Of a DNA stretch of 64,000 bases, positions 1 through 8,699 are shown in pieces. The first letter of the stretch is position 1, and each line of letters starts with the position of its first letter. The notes beneath the pieces were generated by a model. It had not been told where the DNA came from, did no database searches, and saw nothing but the letters and a program-made list of their open reading frames with translations. The position numbers and the translations under genes are program-made. The DNA comes from Deltaproteobacteria bacterium. Lineage in GTDB: Bacteria; Myxococcota_A; Polyangia; Polyangiales; Houyiibacteriaceae. Location of the stretch: positions 224,001 through 288,000 of the forward strand of contig JAXMNT010000001.1 in NCBI GenBank assembly GCA_034670305.1, written 5' to 3'.

Positions 1-791
1 GCGTCGTTCAGCGGCGCGTCCGCGCGGGTGCTCTGACGACCATCCACCCGCCACACCTCCATGGTCCGTCCGCGGGTGACCGCAGCCACGATCCACGGAT
101 CGGACGCCGCGTAGAGCGTGACTCGGTCGCCGATGCGCGTCTGGTCGAACACCAACTGCGAGGGGCCGCCGGCCGCCGCCACGGAGTACACGCGGGGAGG
201 ACCGCCGTCCTCGTCGAACCCGACTTCGCGCAGGGTCGGCGCGCGCACGAAGAAGAGGGTCTCTCCCGACGTGTTCCACACGGGGTCGACGTCGTGCGCG
301 GTGGGCAACACGCGCGGCTCGAACGCACCGCGCGCCATCTCGAGACCCTCCGCCGTCAAGAACGCGAGTTGCCCGTCCCGCGCGGCGGCGTACGCCCGCG
401 GAAGCGGCTGGGTCTGCGAGAGGGTGCCGGCGCGGAAGAACGCGATCTGCTCCCCGTGCTCCACCCACGCCGACGCCGACTCGGCGTCGCCGTCGGTGCC
501 CGGGTCTGCGGCCACCACGTCCGAGACACCGAGGGTGGGGCGAAACGTCCTCGGAGGTTGGTCGTCGAACCGCGCGGCGTGTCGCTCCACGGTCGCCAGC
601 CAGCGTCGGGCAGTGGTGGAGAGTTCGGCCTGTTCCAGCGAACGAAACGGGTCGTCCGGGGTGCCCTCGGCCCGAATGGCCAACAGGTCGGGGTCGGGTT
701 CTGGTGGCTGCACCGGACGTTCGACGACCACCGGAGGGCGTCCGCACCCGAGGGCAAGACACACGAGAAAACCGACGAGGCGGGGAGTCAC
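1..791 (-). CDS. Lipoprotein, 5' part only (runs off the left edge); possibly beta-propeller or S9 peptidase N-terminal-like
   Basis: Not in the ORF track. Manual translation from GTG at 791 gives MTPRLVGFLVCLALGCGRPP... (lipobox LALGC), open to position 1. It contains DPVWNTSGETLFFVR and PRVYSV (propeller-like). ORF 118..870+ is its antisense shadow. Confidence 0.7.
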   Translation of the reverse strand, partial: MTPRLVGFLVCLALGCGRPPVVVERPVQPPEPDPDLLAIRAEGTPDDPFRSLEQAELSTTARRWLATVERHAARFDDQPPRTFRPTLGVSDVVAADPGTDGDAESASAWVEHGEQIAFFRAGTLSQTQPLPRAYAAARDGQLAFLTAEGLEMARGAFEPRVLPTAHDVDPVWNTSGETLFFVRAPTLREVGFDEDGGPPRVYSVAAAGGPSQLVFDQTRIGDRVTLYAASDPWIVAAVTRGRTMEVWRVDGRQSTRADAPLND

Positions 792-866
792 CCGCCGACC
801 GTCCCCCGCCCCTCGACGCGGCGCAAGTCGGTGCGGCGACCCTGCGTCGACCCGTACGAATTCCTA

Positions 867-894
867 TTGATTGCAGTCGCCACAGCGCTACCTT
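867..894 (+). promoter_or_regulatory. Putative sigma70-type promoter TTGATT-N16-TACCTT, followed by palindrome CTTGCGCGCGCAAG (892-905)
   Basis: Lies in the divergent intergenic region upstream of the GAGGAGG RBS and the ATG at 949. Confidence 0.3.
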
Positions 895-948
895 GCGCGC
901 GCAAGTCGGACACTCACCTGTCCGCAACGACCCGAGGAGGGTGACTAG

Positions 949-1158
949 ATGAAGATCGATCGTGAAGTGTTTCTTGCCGCCGCCATGGCGCTGGGCGTCG
1001 GATTTGGTTGCGGCGGCTCGGAAGAGGCTGCTGCGGAAGACACCTCGGGCGACGAGACCGTCTCCGAGCCGGTGACCCACCACACGGCGGAGCCGGTCGA
1101 AGACCCGGTTGAGGAAGAACCGATCGAGGAAGAAGCCTACGACCCGGTCACCGAGTAG
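949..1158 (+). CDS. Small acidic lipoprotein (69 aa)
   Basis: Strong RBS GAGGAGG; signal peptide MKIDREVFLAAAMALGVGFGC; mature part is E/D/P-rich; hairpin GCCCGC-TTCG-GTGGGC follows at 1168-1183. Confidence 0.8.
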   Translation: MKIDREVFLAAAMALGVGFGCGGSEEAAAEDTSGDETVSEPVTHHTAEPVEDPVEEEPIEEEAYDPVTE

Positions 1159-1191
1159 AACCGGACTGCCCGCTTCGGTGGGCGAACCCTT

Positions 1192-3036
1192 GTGATCTTC
1201 GAGAACACACGACGCGAGGCGCGGGAACGATCTGTTTCCGCGCCTTCTTCGTCCGTCCAACACCCGGCGCAGCCGCGGTCGTCGACCATCCTCGCGCTGT
1301 TTGGTGCGGCGTGGCTGACCTGCGGGTGCAGCCCCTCCCCGACGCGTGCGCAAGTGATCGATGTCGAGGAGGCCGCGGAAGCTCCGTTGACCGACACTTG
1401 GTCGGTGGACGTCGGCGATGGGTGGGTGCCGCCGTTGCTCGACGACGGAGTCGATGCGTCGGGAAGGCCGCAGCCCCATCGGTTCCGCGAGACCTTCGTC
1501 GCCCTCGCCAGCGCCGACTGGCCCGACACCGATCTCGGCCGGCGCGCCCAGAGCGACGAGTTCCTCGAGACCTACGGCATCCCGCCGACCCTGACCTTGC
1601 TCCGCGACCGGCTCCGGGCCCTCGCCGCGCAGGACTGCCCGCATCCGCGCGCGATTCTCGAGCGCTTCCTCGGCAGCGGGGTCGACGAGGACGACCGGGT
1701 CGACGTCGAACGGGAAGACGACGGTGCGCTGGCCAGCCGCCGCCTCGGCCTTGGCGACATCCGCCGGGCACGTGCGCCGCGGCTGCGCGAGCGTCGAACG
1801 ATGGCGGAGCTCGCGCCCCAGATGAGCTGGCGGGCGGGTCTCGCGGCCACCCGAGCGCGCCTCGTCTGCGAAGGTCACTTGGAGGCGCCGGTGCCCAACG
1901 CGCCCGCGCTCGACGGTCGCACGCGCAGGGCGCTCGAACGGTTCGAACGACAGCACCGGATCTACCAGCGCGGTTCGCTCTCGGGCGCGACGCTTCGTGC
2001 GCTGCGCATCGACGCGCGGGAGCTGGCCCGGCGGGACGTCCTGCGGGTGATCACCGAACGGGTCTCGCTCGACCAAGCACTGCTCGGCGACGGCACGGCC
2101 GACGGCGACAACCTCGAAGCGCAACTGCAGGACCACCTCGAACGCGAGCTCGGCCTCGAGTCGTTCGAGTCGACCCTCGCGTGGCTCGAGTCGCTCGGCG
2201 ACCTCGACGGCCGCCAGCGTGTCGCGATCGCGCCCCTTCCGCTTCCGGCCTGGTGGGACGAGATCACCGACCTCGAGGTCGAGATCGACCGAGGCGACGT
2301 CTGGTTTGACTTCCCGTTCGACGAAGATGGCACCCCGCGCAGTTTCCCGGTCGAACGCCGACCCATGCTCTCCGTGTTCGCGATCGTCGGCGAGACCCGC
2401 CGCGAGATCGTGCGCTGGCCGACCACGATCGGCGGTTGGCGCCTCGAGCGCGTCCGGCAGCGGGACGTCTGGCGGTACAAGGAGTCCCCCGCGGGGACGT
2501 TTGTATGGAACCAGATCGTGTCCGCGCCCGTGTGGCTTCCGCCGTCGTCGACCCCGGCCGCCGATCTCGTGACCGAGCGGGTGATCGAGAACGACGGATC
2601 GATGCACATCGAGCTCAACACGACGTTGCTCGGGCCAGGCTATGCGTCTGCCTATGGACTGGCGGCCGCGTACCATCTTCCAGCCCGGCCTCGGCCGGAC
2701 GGAACCTGGGCCACCGGCGCGGACGAGGGCATCCGCACCCACGGCTCGGTGGACTACACCAGCGTCTGGCGCCGCGCGTCGCATGGGTGCCACCGGCTCC
2801 AGAACCACCGCGCGCTGGCGCTCTACTCGTTCGTGCTCGGACACCGCGAGAACGCTCGGGTCGGCCACGCCAGGGTCGACTTCCGCCGCACCGTGGAGGT
2901 CGATGGGGTCCAGCAGCAGCTCAACATTCAACACGGCGGTTACGTGTTCCGCCTGCAGCGTCCGCTCGTCGTGCGGGTGCTCCCCGGACGGATCCGGGGC
3001 CTCCCCCGTCCGCCCCCGCCGCCCGAAGCGCGCTGA
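1192..3036 (+). CDS. L,D-transpeptidase (YkuD family) with peptidoglycan-binding domain, probable lipoprotein
   Basis: Catalytic motif IRTHGS...ASHGCHRL; PG-binding-like LDGRTRRALERFERQHRI..GSL; APVWLPP; lipobox-like WLTCGC. Start uncertain. Confidence 0.85.
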   Translation: MIFENTRREARERSVSAPSSSVQHPAQPRSSTILALFGAAWLTCGCSPSPTRAQVIDVEEAAEAPLTDTWSVDVGDGWVPPLLDDGVDASGRPQPHRFRETFVALASADWPDTDLGRRAQSDEFLETYGIPPTLTLLRDRLRALAAQDCPHPRAILERFLGSGVDEDDRVDVEREDDGALASRRLGLGDIRRARAPRLRERRTMAELAPQMSWRAGLAATRARLVCEGHLEAPVPNAPALDGRTRRALERFERQHRIYQRGSLSGATLRALRIDARELARRDVLRVITERVSLDQALLGDGTADGDNLEAQLQDHLERELGLESFESTLAWLESLGDLDGRQRVAIAPLPLPAWWDEITDLEVEIDRGDVWFDFPFDEDGTPRSFPVERRPMLSVFAIVGETRREIVRWPTTIGGWRLERVRQRDVWRYKESPAGTFVWNQIVSAPVWLPPSSTPAADLVTERVIENDGSMHIELNTTLLGPGYASAYGLAAAYHLPARPRPDGTWATGADEGIRTHGSVDYTSVWRRASHGCHRLQNHRALALYSFVLGHRENARVGHARVDFRRTVEVDGVQQQLNIQHGGYVFRLQRPLVVRVLPGRIRGLPRPPPPPEAR

Positions 3037-3042
3037 GACGAT

Positions 3043-3132
3043 TGTCTGGGTCGCGTGTCTGCTGCGTGTCTGGGCTGCGTGTCTGGGTCGTGTGTCTGGG
3101 TCGCGTGTCTGGGTCGCGTATCTGGGGTCGCT
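3043..3132. repeat. Degenerate tandem repeat, ~7 x 13 bp (TGTCTGGGTCGCG)
   Basis: Read directly; begins just after the LDT stop codon. Confidence 0.85.
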
Positions 3133-3231
3133 TGTCAGGGCGCTCGTCTGAGTGGCTTGCCCTGAGCACCGTCTGCCCGTAGGAGTGGTCCGGTGTTTCC
3201 TCTGACCGCCCAGACCGTCCGGTGCGCTGCG

Positions 3232-3873
3232 ATGCGCGCGGCGCGGCGGCTGGCGACCGGGTGTGTCGCACTCGCCGTCGTGGCGAGTTTGGGATGCGGC
3301 GAGGATCACCCGATCCCGACCGAGACCTGGACGCCCGACGACCACGTGCAGCCGCCTCAGAACGTCATGGACCCGCGCCGTACCCCCGAGCCGACGCCCG
3401 ACCAGCGGCAACCGGCCGAAGTGCGGCGCAACGCCGCGCGCGCGCTCTTCCAGATGACCTGCGCGAGTTGCCACGGCGCCGACGGGCGCGGCCCGGCCGA
3501 GGCGGTGGAGGGTCGAGCGGCGGTGCGCGACCTGACGACTTGGGAATACCACTCGAACGTGTCCAACCAGCAGATCGCAGAGGCGATCGTCCGTGGACGC
3601 GAGGGCATGCCGGCGTTCGGGGGACAGCTCGCACCCCAAGCGATCGTGGCCCTTGTCGAACACGTGCGCATGCTCGGTGCACCGGCGGCCCGCGAACACG
3701 GCGTAGATCCCGGCCACCCCGACGCGGAACCCGGGGACGGGGATGCGGACGGGGAGGGCGCACCCGAGCCGACCGAGATGACGTCTCCAATGACCGCCGC
3801 TCCGATGACCGCTGCGCCGATGACCGCCGCGCCGATGACCGCGACTCCGACTCTGATGGGTGGCGTGGACTGA
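3232..3873 (+). CDS. Monohaem cytochrome c lipoprotein with Met-rich C-terminal tail
   Basis: Lipobox SLGC; CASCH; distal Met in GMPAFG; tail MTSP-(MTAAP)x3-MTATP. ATG at 3232 preferred over GTG at 3193. Confidence 0.85.
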   Translation: MRAARRLATGCVALAVVASLGCGEDHPIPTETWTPDDHVQPPQNVMDPRRTPEPTPDQRQPAEVRRNAARALFQMTCASCHGADGRGPAEAVEGRAAVRDLTTWEYHSNVSNQQIAEAIVRGREGMPAFGGQLAPQAIVALVEHVRMLGAPAAREHGVDPGHPDAEPGDGDADGEGAPEPTEMTSPMTAAPMTAAPMTAAPMTATPTLMGGVD

Positions 3874-3915
3874 CGACATCCGGGGCCTGCGCGCTCCGGT
3901 TGGGGTCGTGGCTGC

Positions 3916-3956
3916 TTGACAGCGCTCTCGATCGTTTTATAGGTTGGGTGACCAAC
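3916..3956 (+). promoter_or_regulatory. sigma70 promoter TTGACA-N18-TAGGTT overlapped by inverted repeat GTTGG-GTGA-CCAAC (probable TetR operator)
   Basis: Perfect -35 at 3916-3921; palindrome at 3943-3956 directly before the TetR ATG at 3959. Confidence 0.6.
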
Positions 3957-3958
3957 TT

Positions 3959-4579
3959 ATGGGACGACACTCCAATCGAGCGCAGCGCAGGGGCGAGATC
4001 GTCGACGGACTGATGCGCGTCTTGCCGCGCGTCGGCTACGAGCGGGCGACCATCGCCAAGATCGCCAAAGCGGCCGGCCTGTCGGCAGGGCTCGTGCACC
4101 ACCACTTCGAGAACAAACAAGCCATCCTCCTGGCGCTCGGAGAACGGCTCGATCAGATCGTGGCCGAGCGCCGACGCGAGGCACGCACGCCCCGCACGCG
4201 GCTGTTCGCGTTTCTCGACGCGCACCTCGCGCTCGATGGCGACGATGGCGACGCCCCTGCGCACCCGGTCGCGATCGCGTGCTGGGTCGCCATTGGTGCG
4301 GAAGCCGTGGTGCAGCCGGAGGTGGGCGCGCTCTACCGCCGCCTCATCGCTGCGCGCCGAGACGAACTGCGCGGGCTGCTCGAGGCGGTGCTGAAAGACG
4401 AGGGCGGCACGACCCGCGGACTGGACGCGACCACGGCGACCTTGCTCGCGACCGTGGAGGGCATCTTCCAGCTCGCCACCGCAGCGCCCGACACGATCCC
4501 GCCCGGTTCGGCGGCCGGCTCGGTCCGGCGTCTTGCCGAACACCTTCTCGATTCGCACGCACCCAGGAGTTCCACATGA
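3959..4579 (+). CDS. TetR family regulator (BetI-like)
   Basis: HTH GYERATIAKIAKAAGLSAGLVHHHFENKQAIL; BetI-type C-terminal domain. Confidence 0.9.
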   Translation: MGRHSNRAQRRGEIVDGLMRVLPRVGYERATIAKIAKAAGLSAGLVHHHFENKQAILLALGERLDQIVAERRREARTPRTRLFAFLDAHLALDGDDGDAPAHPVAIACWVAIGAEAVVQPEVGALYRRLIAARRDELRGLLEAVLKDEGGTTRGLDATTATLLATVEGIFQLATAAPDTIPPGSAAGSVRRLAEHLLDSHAPRSST

Positions 4580-5343
4580 GTCTCTCGTTCATCGCACTCG
4601 GCATCGGCGACGCGTTCAGCGCCCTCCACTACGGCGCGTGTCTCGCGGTCGAACACCGCGACGACAGCGGGTCGAAGTGGCTGCTCATCGATTGCCCCCA
4701 CCCGATCCGCAAAATGCTGCGCGAAGGCGGGCTGACCGCGGAGGCGCCCAGCCTCGATGTCGGCGACTTCGAAGGCATGGTGCTCACCCACCTGCACGCG
4801 GACCACGCGAGCGGTCTCGAAGGCTGGGGCTTCTTTCATCACTTCGCGCTTCAACGCCCGGCCGTGGTGCTCACCCACCCGCAGGTCGCGCGCGATCTCT
4901 GGTCGGCGCTGGCCCCGAGCATGTCGGTGCTGCTCAGTGGTCCGGAGCGGGTCGAACAGAAGTTCTCCGAAGCCGACTTCTTCGACGTCCGCACCTTCGT
5001 GGACGAGACGACCCTCGGTCCGTTCACGGTGCGCTGCCGGACCACCTGGCACCACATCCCGACGATCGCGCTCACGGTCAGCGCCGGCGGGCGCACCCTC
5101 GGCTACAGCGCGGACACCGCATTCGACCCAGCGCTCGTCGACTGGCTCGCGGGCGCGGATCTCATCGTGCACGAGACCAACCTCGGTGGTGCGCACACCC
5201 CGTACCCGCAACTCGCCGCGCTGCCGGCGGATCTGCGCGCCAAGATGCGCCTCATCGCGTTTCCCGACGGCTTCGACCCAGAACGCCTGACCCCCGGCAC
5301 CCACATCGAACAACTCGTCCAGGGCCAGCGCTACGTTGTTTGA
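4576..5343 (+). CDS. MBL-fold metallo-hydrolase (RNase Z / phosphodiesterase-like)
   Basis: LGIGDAFS, LIDCP, THLHADH, YSADT, VHE motifs; ATGA overlap with the TetR stop; RBS AGGAG. Confidence 0.85.
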   Translation: MSLSFIALGIGDAFSALHYGACLAVEHRDDSGSKWLLIDCPHPIRKMLREGGLTAEAPSLDVGDFEGMVLTHLHADHASGLEGWGFFHHFALQRPAVVLTHPQVARDLWSALAPSMSVLLSGPERVEQKFSEADFFDVRTFVDETTLGPFTVRCRTTWHHIPTIALTVSAGGRTLGYSADTAFDPALVDWLAGADLIVHETNLGGAHTPYPQLAALPADLRAKMRLIAFPDGFDPERLTPGTHIEQLVQGQRYVV

Positions 5344-5352
5344 TGGCACTAC

Positions 5353-5613
5353 GGGCCTGGCTCGCTTCGCGAGACTGGCGGCCCTAAGTCGCGCCCGTCG
5401 CGCCTTCACGTGCTCGCCGCTGATCCCTTCGTGCGGTGAAGAATCACTTCGAGCTCCTGCGGCTGCGCGGCGTGCAGGCGCTCCTTGAGGCGCTCGGTGT
5501 TCAAGTGGAAGTGCACCAGTTGCTCGCCCTGCGGGCTGCGCAGGTGCACTTGTCGGTGATCACCTACTCCTCTCCCATCACCAGCCTGGCTCGCTTCGCG
5601 AGACTGGCGGCCC
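5353..5613 (-). repeat. Composite palindromic repeat element, copy 1 (REP-A / core / REP-A)
   Basis: REP-A GGGCCGCCAGTCTCGC-GAA-GCGAGCCAGGC at 5353-5384 and 5584-5613; the core matches 28085-28308. Confidence 0.8.
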
Positions 5614-5624
5614 GTCCCATCGAA

Positions 5625-6986
5625 TCAGAGCGAGTGTAGGTACGCGATCAAGGCGGTGCGGTCTTCGTCCGACAGCGCGGTGCCGAACTCGTGGCCTTGG
5701 TTGCTGTTGCCGGTGCGGGTCGTGTCGACGGTGAAGGTGCCGCGCTCGAAGGTCACCGGGCGTTCGGACGCGGGTCGGAGCAGATCGTCGAGCGTCGGCA
5801 CGCTGCCGTTGTGGAGGTAGGGCGCGGTGGCCCACACCCCAACCAGCGGTTGTGCGCGGTAGCCCTCGCTCGGTCCGACGAGCAGCCGGTTGCGGAGGAT
5901 GAACTGGATGAGGTCGGTGCGGTCGTCGGGGCCGGCTTCGCCATCGATGAGCGCGCGGTGGTCGGGGCTGGTGGCGATGGTGCCGAGCGGAAACGCCTCG
6001 TCGTCCCCCGGGATGCGCTCGATGCCTTCGTCGTCGTACGGGACGATCACGTTCAGCGCCGGGTCTTCGGGATGGTGGCAGCTGCTGCACCGCGCGCGCT
6101 CGAACACCGCGCGGCCCGCGGCCACGAGTGTGGCGTCTTCGGCGGGCGCCGCGGGCGCGTCGATCGTCTCGAGAAAGGCGACCAGGGGCGCGAGGCGCTC
6201 GCGGTGTGGGAACGGCACCACGGCCTCGGTGGGGTTGGGGTCGCCCGCGCCAAACGTGAACACCGAGAAGTACGTTTCTGCCCGGGTCTCCCGGCCGGTG
6301 CCGAGGTAGTTGAAGTGAGAGCGCCGGCCGAGCTCGAAGTACGCCGGGTAGTCCGCCGGCACGGGCGTCGGGTAGGTGCTGCTCTCCGCATGGAAACGAC
6401 CCGGTCCGAGTTCGGTGGCCTTCTCGAGCTGCAGCTCGGTGAACAGTGGCTCGTTGCCGGCTGCCACCCAGCGGGCGTTGACGGCGATTCGAAACGCGCC
6501 GTAGTCGAACTCGGCTGGCAAGCCGAGCCAGACCCGGCCGTCGGGCAACGTGCCGACGTGGCAGAGCGCGCAGGTCTCGTGCATGCGGGTGGGATCGTCG
6601 ATGCCGCGTTTGAAGCCGACCGGGAACTCGTCGTTGGGATCCGGCGTGAACCCGAAGGACGCGAACTGGTCACCGAACACGTCCGGTTCGTCGGTCATCA
6701 ACGCGCGCATGAACTCGGTGGGCGGCCAGTCGTCGAGGACCTCGGTGCCGAACGTGTCCCAGAGAAAGCGCAGGTACCCTTGGTAACGCACCTCGTCGGA
6801 GGGGTCGGGGGCGTTGGCGGCGTCGATGCCGGGCCGGTCGAGCGGCAGCACCGCTGGGCCCGCATCGAACGAGGTGTCGGCGCCGGCATCCACTTCGGTG
6901 CCCGCATCGACGTCGTCCGCCGGGTCGGCGCAGGCCAGCGCCAACGGGAGCGCGATCGAGAGTCCCAGTAGGGTTCGAGCAGTCAC
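5625..6986 (-). CDS. Di-haem cytochrome c lipoprotein, RoxA/CcP-superfamily-like
   Basis: GTG at 6986 (GTGA overlap with the upstream stop); lipobox LALAC; CALCH and CSSCH; GVWATAPYLHNGSVPTL; GNSNQGHEFG. The ORF-track extension to 8432 is a wrong-frame artefact. Confidence 0.85.
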   Translation of the reverse strand: MTARTLLGLSIALPLALACADPADDVDAGTEVDAGADTSFDAGPAVLPLDRPGIDAANAPDPSDEVRYQGYLRFLWDTFGTEVLDDWPPTEFMRALMTDEPDVFGDQFASFGFTPDPNDEFPVGFKRGIDDPTRMHETCALCHVGTLPDGRVWLGLPAEFDYGAFRIAVNARWVAAGNEPLFTELQLEKATELGPGRFHAESSTYPTPVPADYPAYFELGRRSHFNYLGTGRETRAETYFSVFTFGAGDPNPTEAVVPFPHRERLAPLVAFLETIDAPAAPAEDATLVAAGRAVFERARCSSCHHPEDPALNVIVPYDDEGIERIPGDDEAFPLGTIATSPDHRALIDGEAGPDDRTDLIQFILRNRLLVGPSEGYRAQPLVGVWATAPYLHNGSVPTLDDLLRPASERPVTFERGTFTVDTTRTGNSNQGHEFGTALSDEDRTALIAYLHSL

Positions 6987-8692
6987 AGGCTCTCCAGATA
7001 CTCCACGAGATCGGCGCGTTCGGCGAGCGTCCGCCCCGAGACATCGTGGGGGCCTGGGGTCGTGAGCACCGCGGCGAGGTCGGTGGCGCGTCCGTCGTGA
7101 AAGAAGGGCGGGCGCGCCCGGACGCCGAAGAGCACCGGCGTGCGCACTGGGTCGAGCTGGGCGTCGGGATCGGCCGAGGCCGGGATCGTGGAATGCATCC
7201 CGTGGTCGCTTCTGCCACCTGGGTGGCAAGTGTCGCAGCCCGCCTCCTCGAACACGGCCCGACCGGCGGCCGCCCGTGCACGGGGCGCCCCTGGGGGCGG
7301 TGGGGTCTCCGCCATGAACGCCCCGAGCGCGTCGAGATCCACGAGCAGTCCGTCGCCCTCCATCAACTCGCGAATCGTCGACCCACTCAGTTCTTCGACG
7401 TCTGTGAACGCTCCGTCCCAGTGCTGCGGCGCGAGGCCCGCGCCCCACGCGGGCGGGGTGCGGCGGAGTTTTCGTTCGATGCCCGGCGTGTGCAGAAACC
7501 AGGTGCGTCCATCGTCGCCCCCGGCGGGGTGACAGGTCGAACACGTGACGACGCCGCTCGGGGTCAGGTGGGTGTCGTCGGCGTCGAAGAAGATGCGTCG
7601 GCCGCGCAGCGCGCGGTCCGACAGACGCGTCCAGGCGATCGGCCGCCGCAGTTCGAGCGCGGCGTCCTGGTCGGCGTCGGACGCCCGAAACTCGAGTCGC
7701 GCCACCGCGTGTTCGAACCCGACGTCGACCCACGCGGTTCGACCGTCGGGCGAGAGTGCGATGCCCCTCCCGCCAGCGCCCACTCGGTACGAAGCGAGCA
7801 GCTCCGCTTCGCGCGTGCTCTGGCCGGTGCCTTCGTCGCAACGCAGCACCGCGACCCGGCGGGTCTCTCGATGCACCACCCAGAGCAGGCCCCCTGCCGC
7901 CGCCACCGCGCTCGGCCCTGCGAACACGCGCCGACCTCCGTCGAAGCGGGCGTAGCGACCGGCGCACTCCGCAAAGAGCCGCGGCTCGATCCGCGGTTCC
8001 CCCTCGTGTACCGATCCGTAGCCGCCGCGTTCTGGCGGGCGATCTCGGTCGCTGTCGTGATCGACGCGCTGGTATGCGCCGACCACCCCGCCGGGCCCGG
8101 CGCTGAGTGTCTGCACTTGGCTGGCCGCGAAACCCGGCTGGGATTCCAGTTCGAACGTGCGCACGACGTTCCACGCCGCGTCGAACACCTGGACCCGGCC
8201 ATGGCGAGAACTTCCCACGAACACTTCCTGGTCGCGGACCGCGAGCGCGCTGGGCCCTTCGACGGCGATGGTCCGCACCACCCGGTCTTCCTCGAGGACC
8301 AAGAGCCGATCGTCGTTCGCGCAGCCGACGAGGATCGACCCATGGTCGGTCTGAACGATCGTGTGGGTGCCACCACACTCCGTCTCGATGTTGCGGACGG
8401 CGCCGGTGGTGGAATCGATGCTGACCAACCACCGCGTCAGGGCAGAGGTCGCGACGACGCGGTCGCCCGCGACCAGCAGGTGGTGCGGCCCGGCAAGCAC
8501 ATCAAACGATCGGCGCACCTCGAGGGTGTCGACGTCGAGTTCCACCACCTGGTCGTTGTCCGGCGAAGTCAGCCAGATCGAAGTGCCTGCGAGCGCGATC
8601 GACGACGACGACGAGAGGAAGTTCGCCGGCTCCGGGCTGCAGGCGAGCCCGCAGGCGACCACGAACCCGATCGCCGCGACCACAGAACGCAC
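6983..8692 (-). CDS. YVTN/YncE-like beta-propeller fused to a di-haem cytochrome c peroxidase/MauG-family domain, lipoprotein
   Basis: Lipobox GLAC; propeller repeats (GPSALAV, GRGIALSPDG); CSTCH, HWDG, CDTCH, RPPFFHDGRA. Confidence 0.85.
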   Translation of the reverse strand: MRSVVAAIGFVVACGLACSPEPANFLSSSSSIALAGTSIWLTSPDNDQVVELDVDTLEVRRSFDVLAGPHHLLVAGDRVVATSALTRWLVSIDSTTGAVRNIETECGGTHTIVQTDHGSILVGCANDDRLLVLEEDRVVRTIAVEGPSALAVRDQEVFVGSSRHGRVQVFDAAWNVVRTFELESQPGFAASQVQTLSAGPGGVVGAYQRVDHDSDRDRPPERGGYGSVHEGEPRIEPRLFAECAGRYARFDGGRRVFAGPSAVAAAGGLLWVVHRETRRVAVLRCDEGTGQSTREAELLASYRVGAGGRGIALSPDGRTAWVDVGFEHAVARLEFRASDADQDAALELRRPIAWTRLSDRALRGRRIFFDADDTHLTPSGVVTCSTCHPAGGDDGRTWFLHTPGIERKLRRTPPAWGAGLAPQHWDGAFTDVEELSGSTIRELMEGDGLLVDLDALGAFMAETPPPPGAPRARAAAGRAVFEEAGCDTCHPGGRSDHGMHSTIPASADPDAQLDPVRTPVLFGVRARPPFFHDGRATDLAAVLTTPGPHDVSGRTLAERADLVEYLESL

Positions 8693-8699
8693 GCGCAGC

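Noticed and set aside
5407-5624. Open frame after the TGA of the RoxA-like gene (…VHLRSPQGEQLVHFHLNTERL…), suggesting readthrough or selenocysteine
   Set aside because: YLHSL* is a normal C-terminus for this family, the sequence belongs to the repeat element, and the second copy is frameshifted.
5625-8432. 935-aa ORF as a single protein
   Set aside because: The N-terminal half is an Arg-rich off-frame overlap of the upstream gene; the real start with a lipobox is at 6986.
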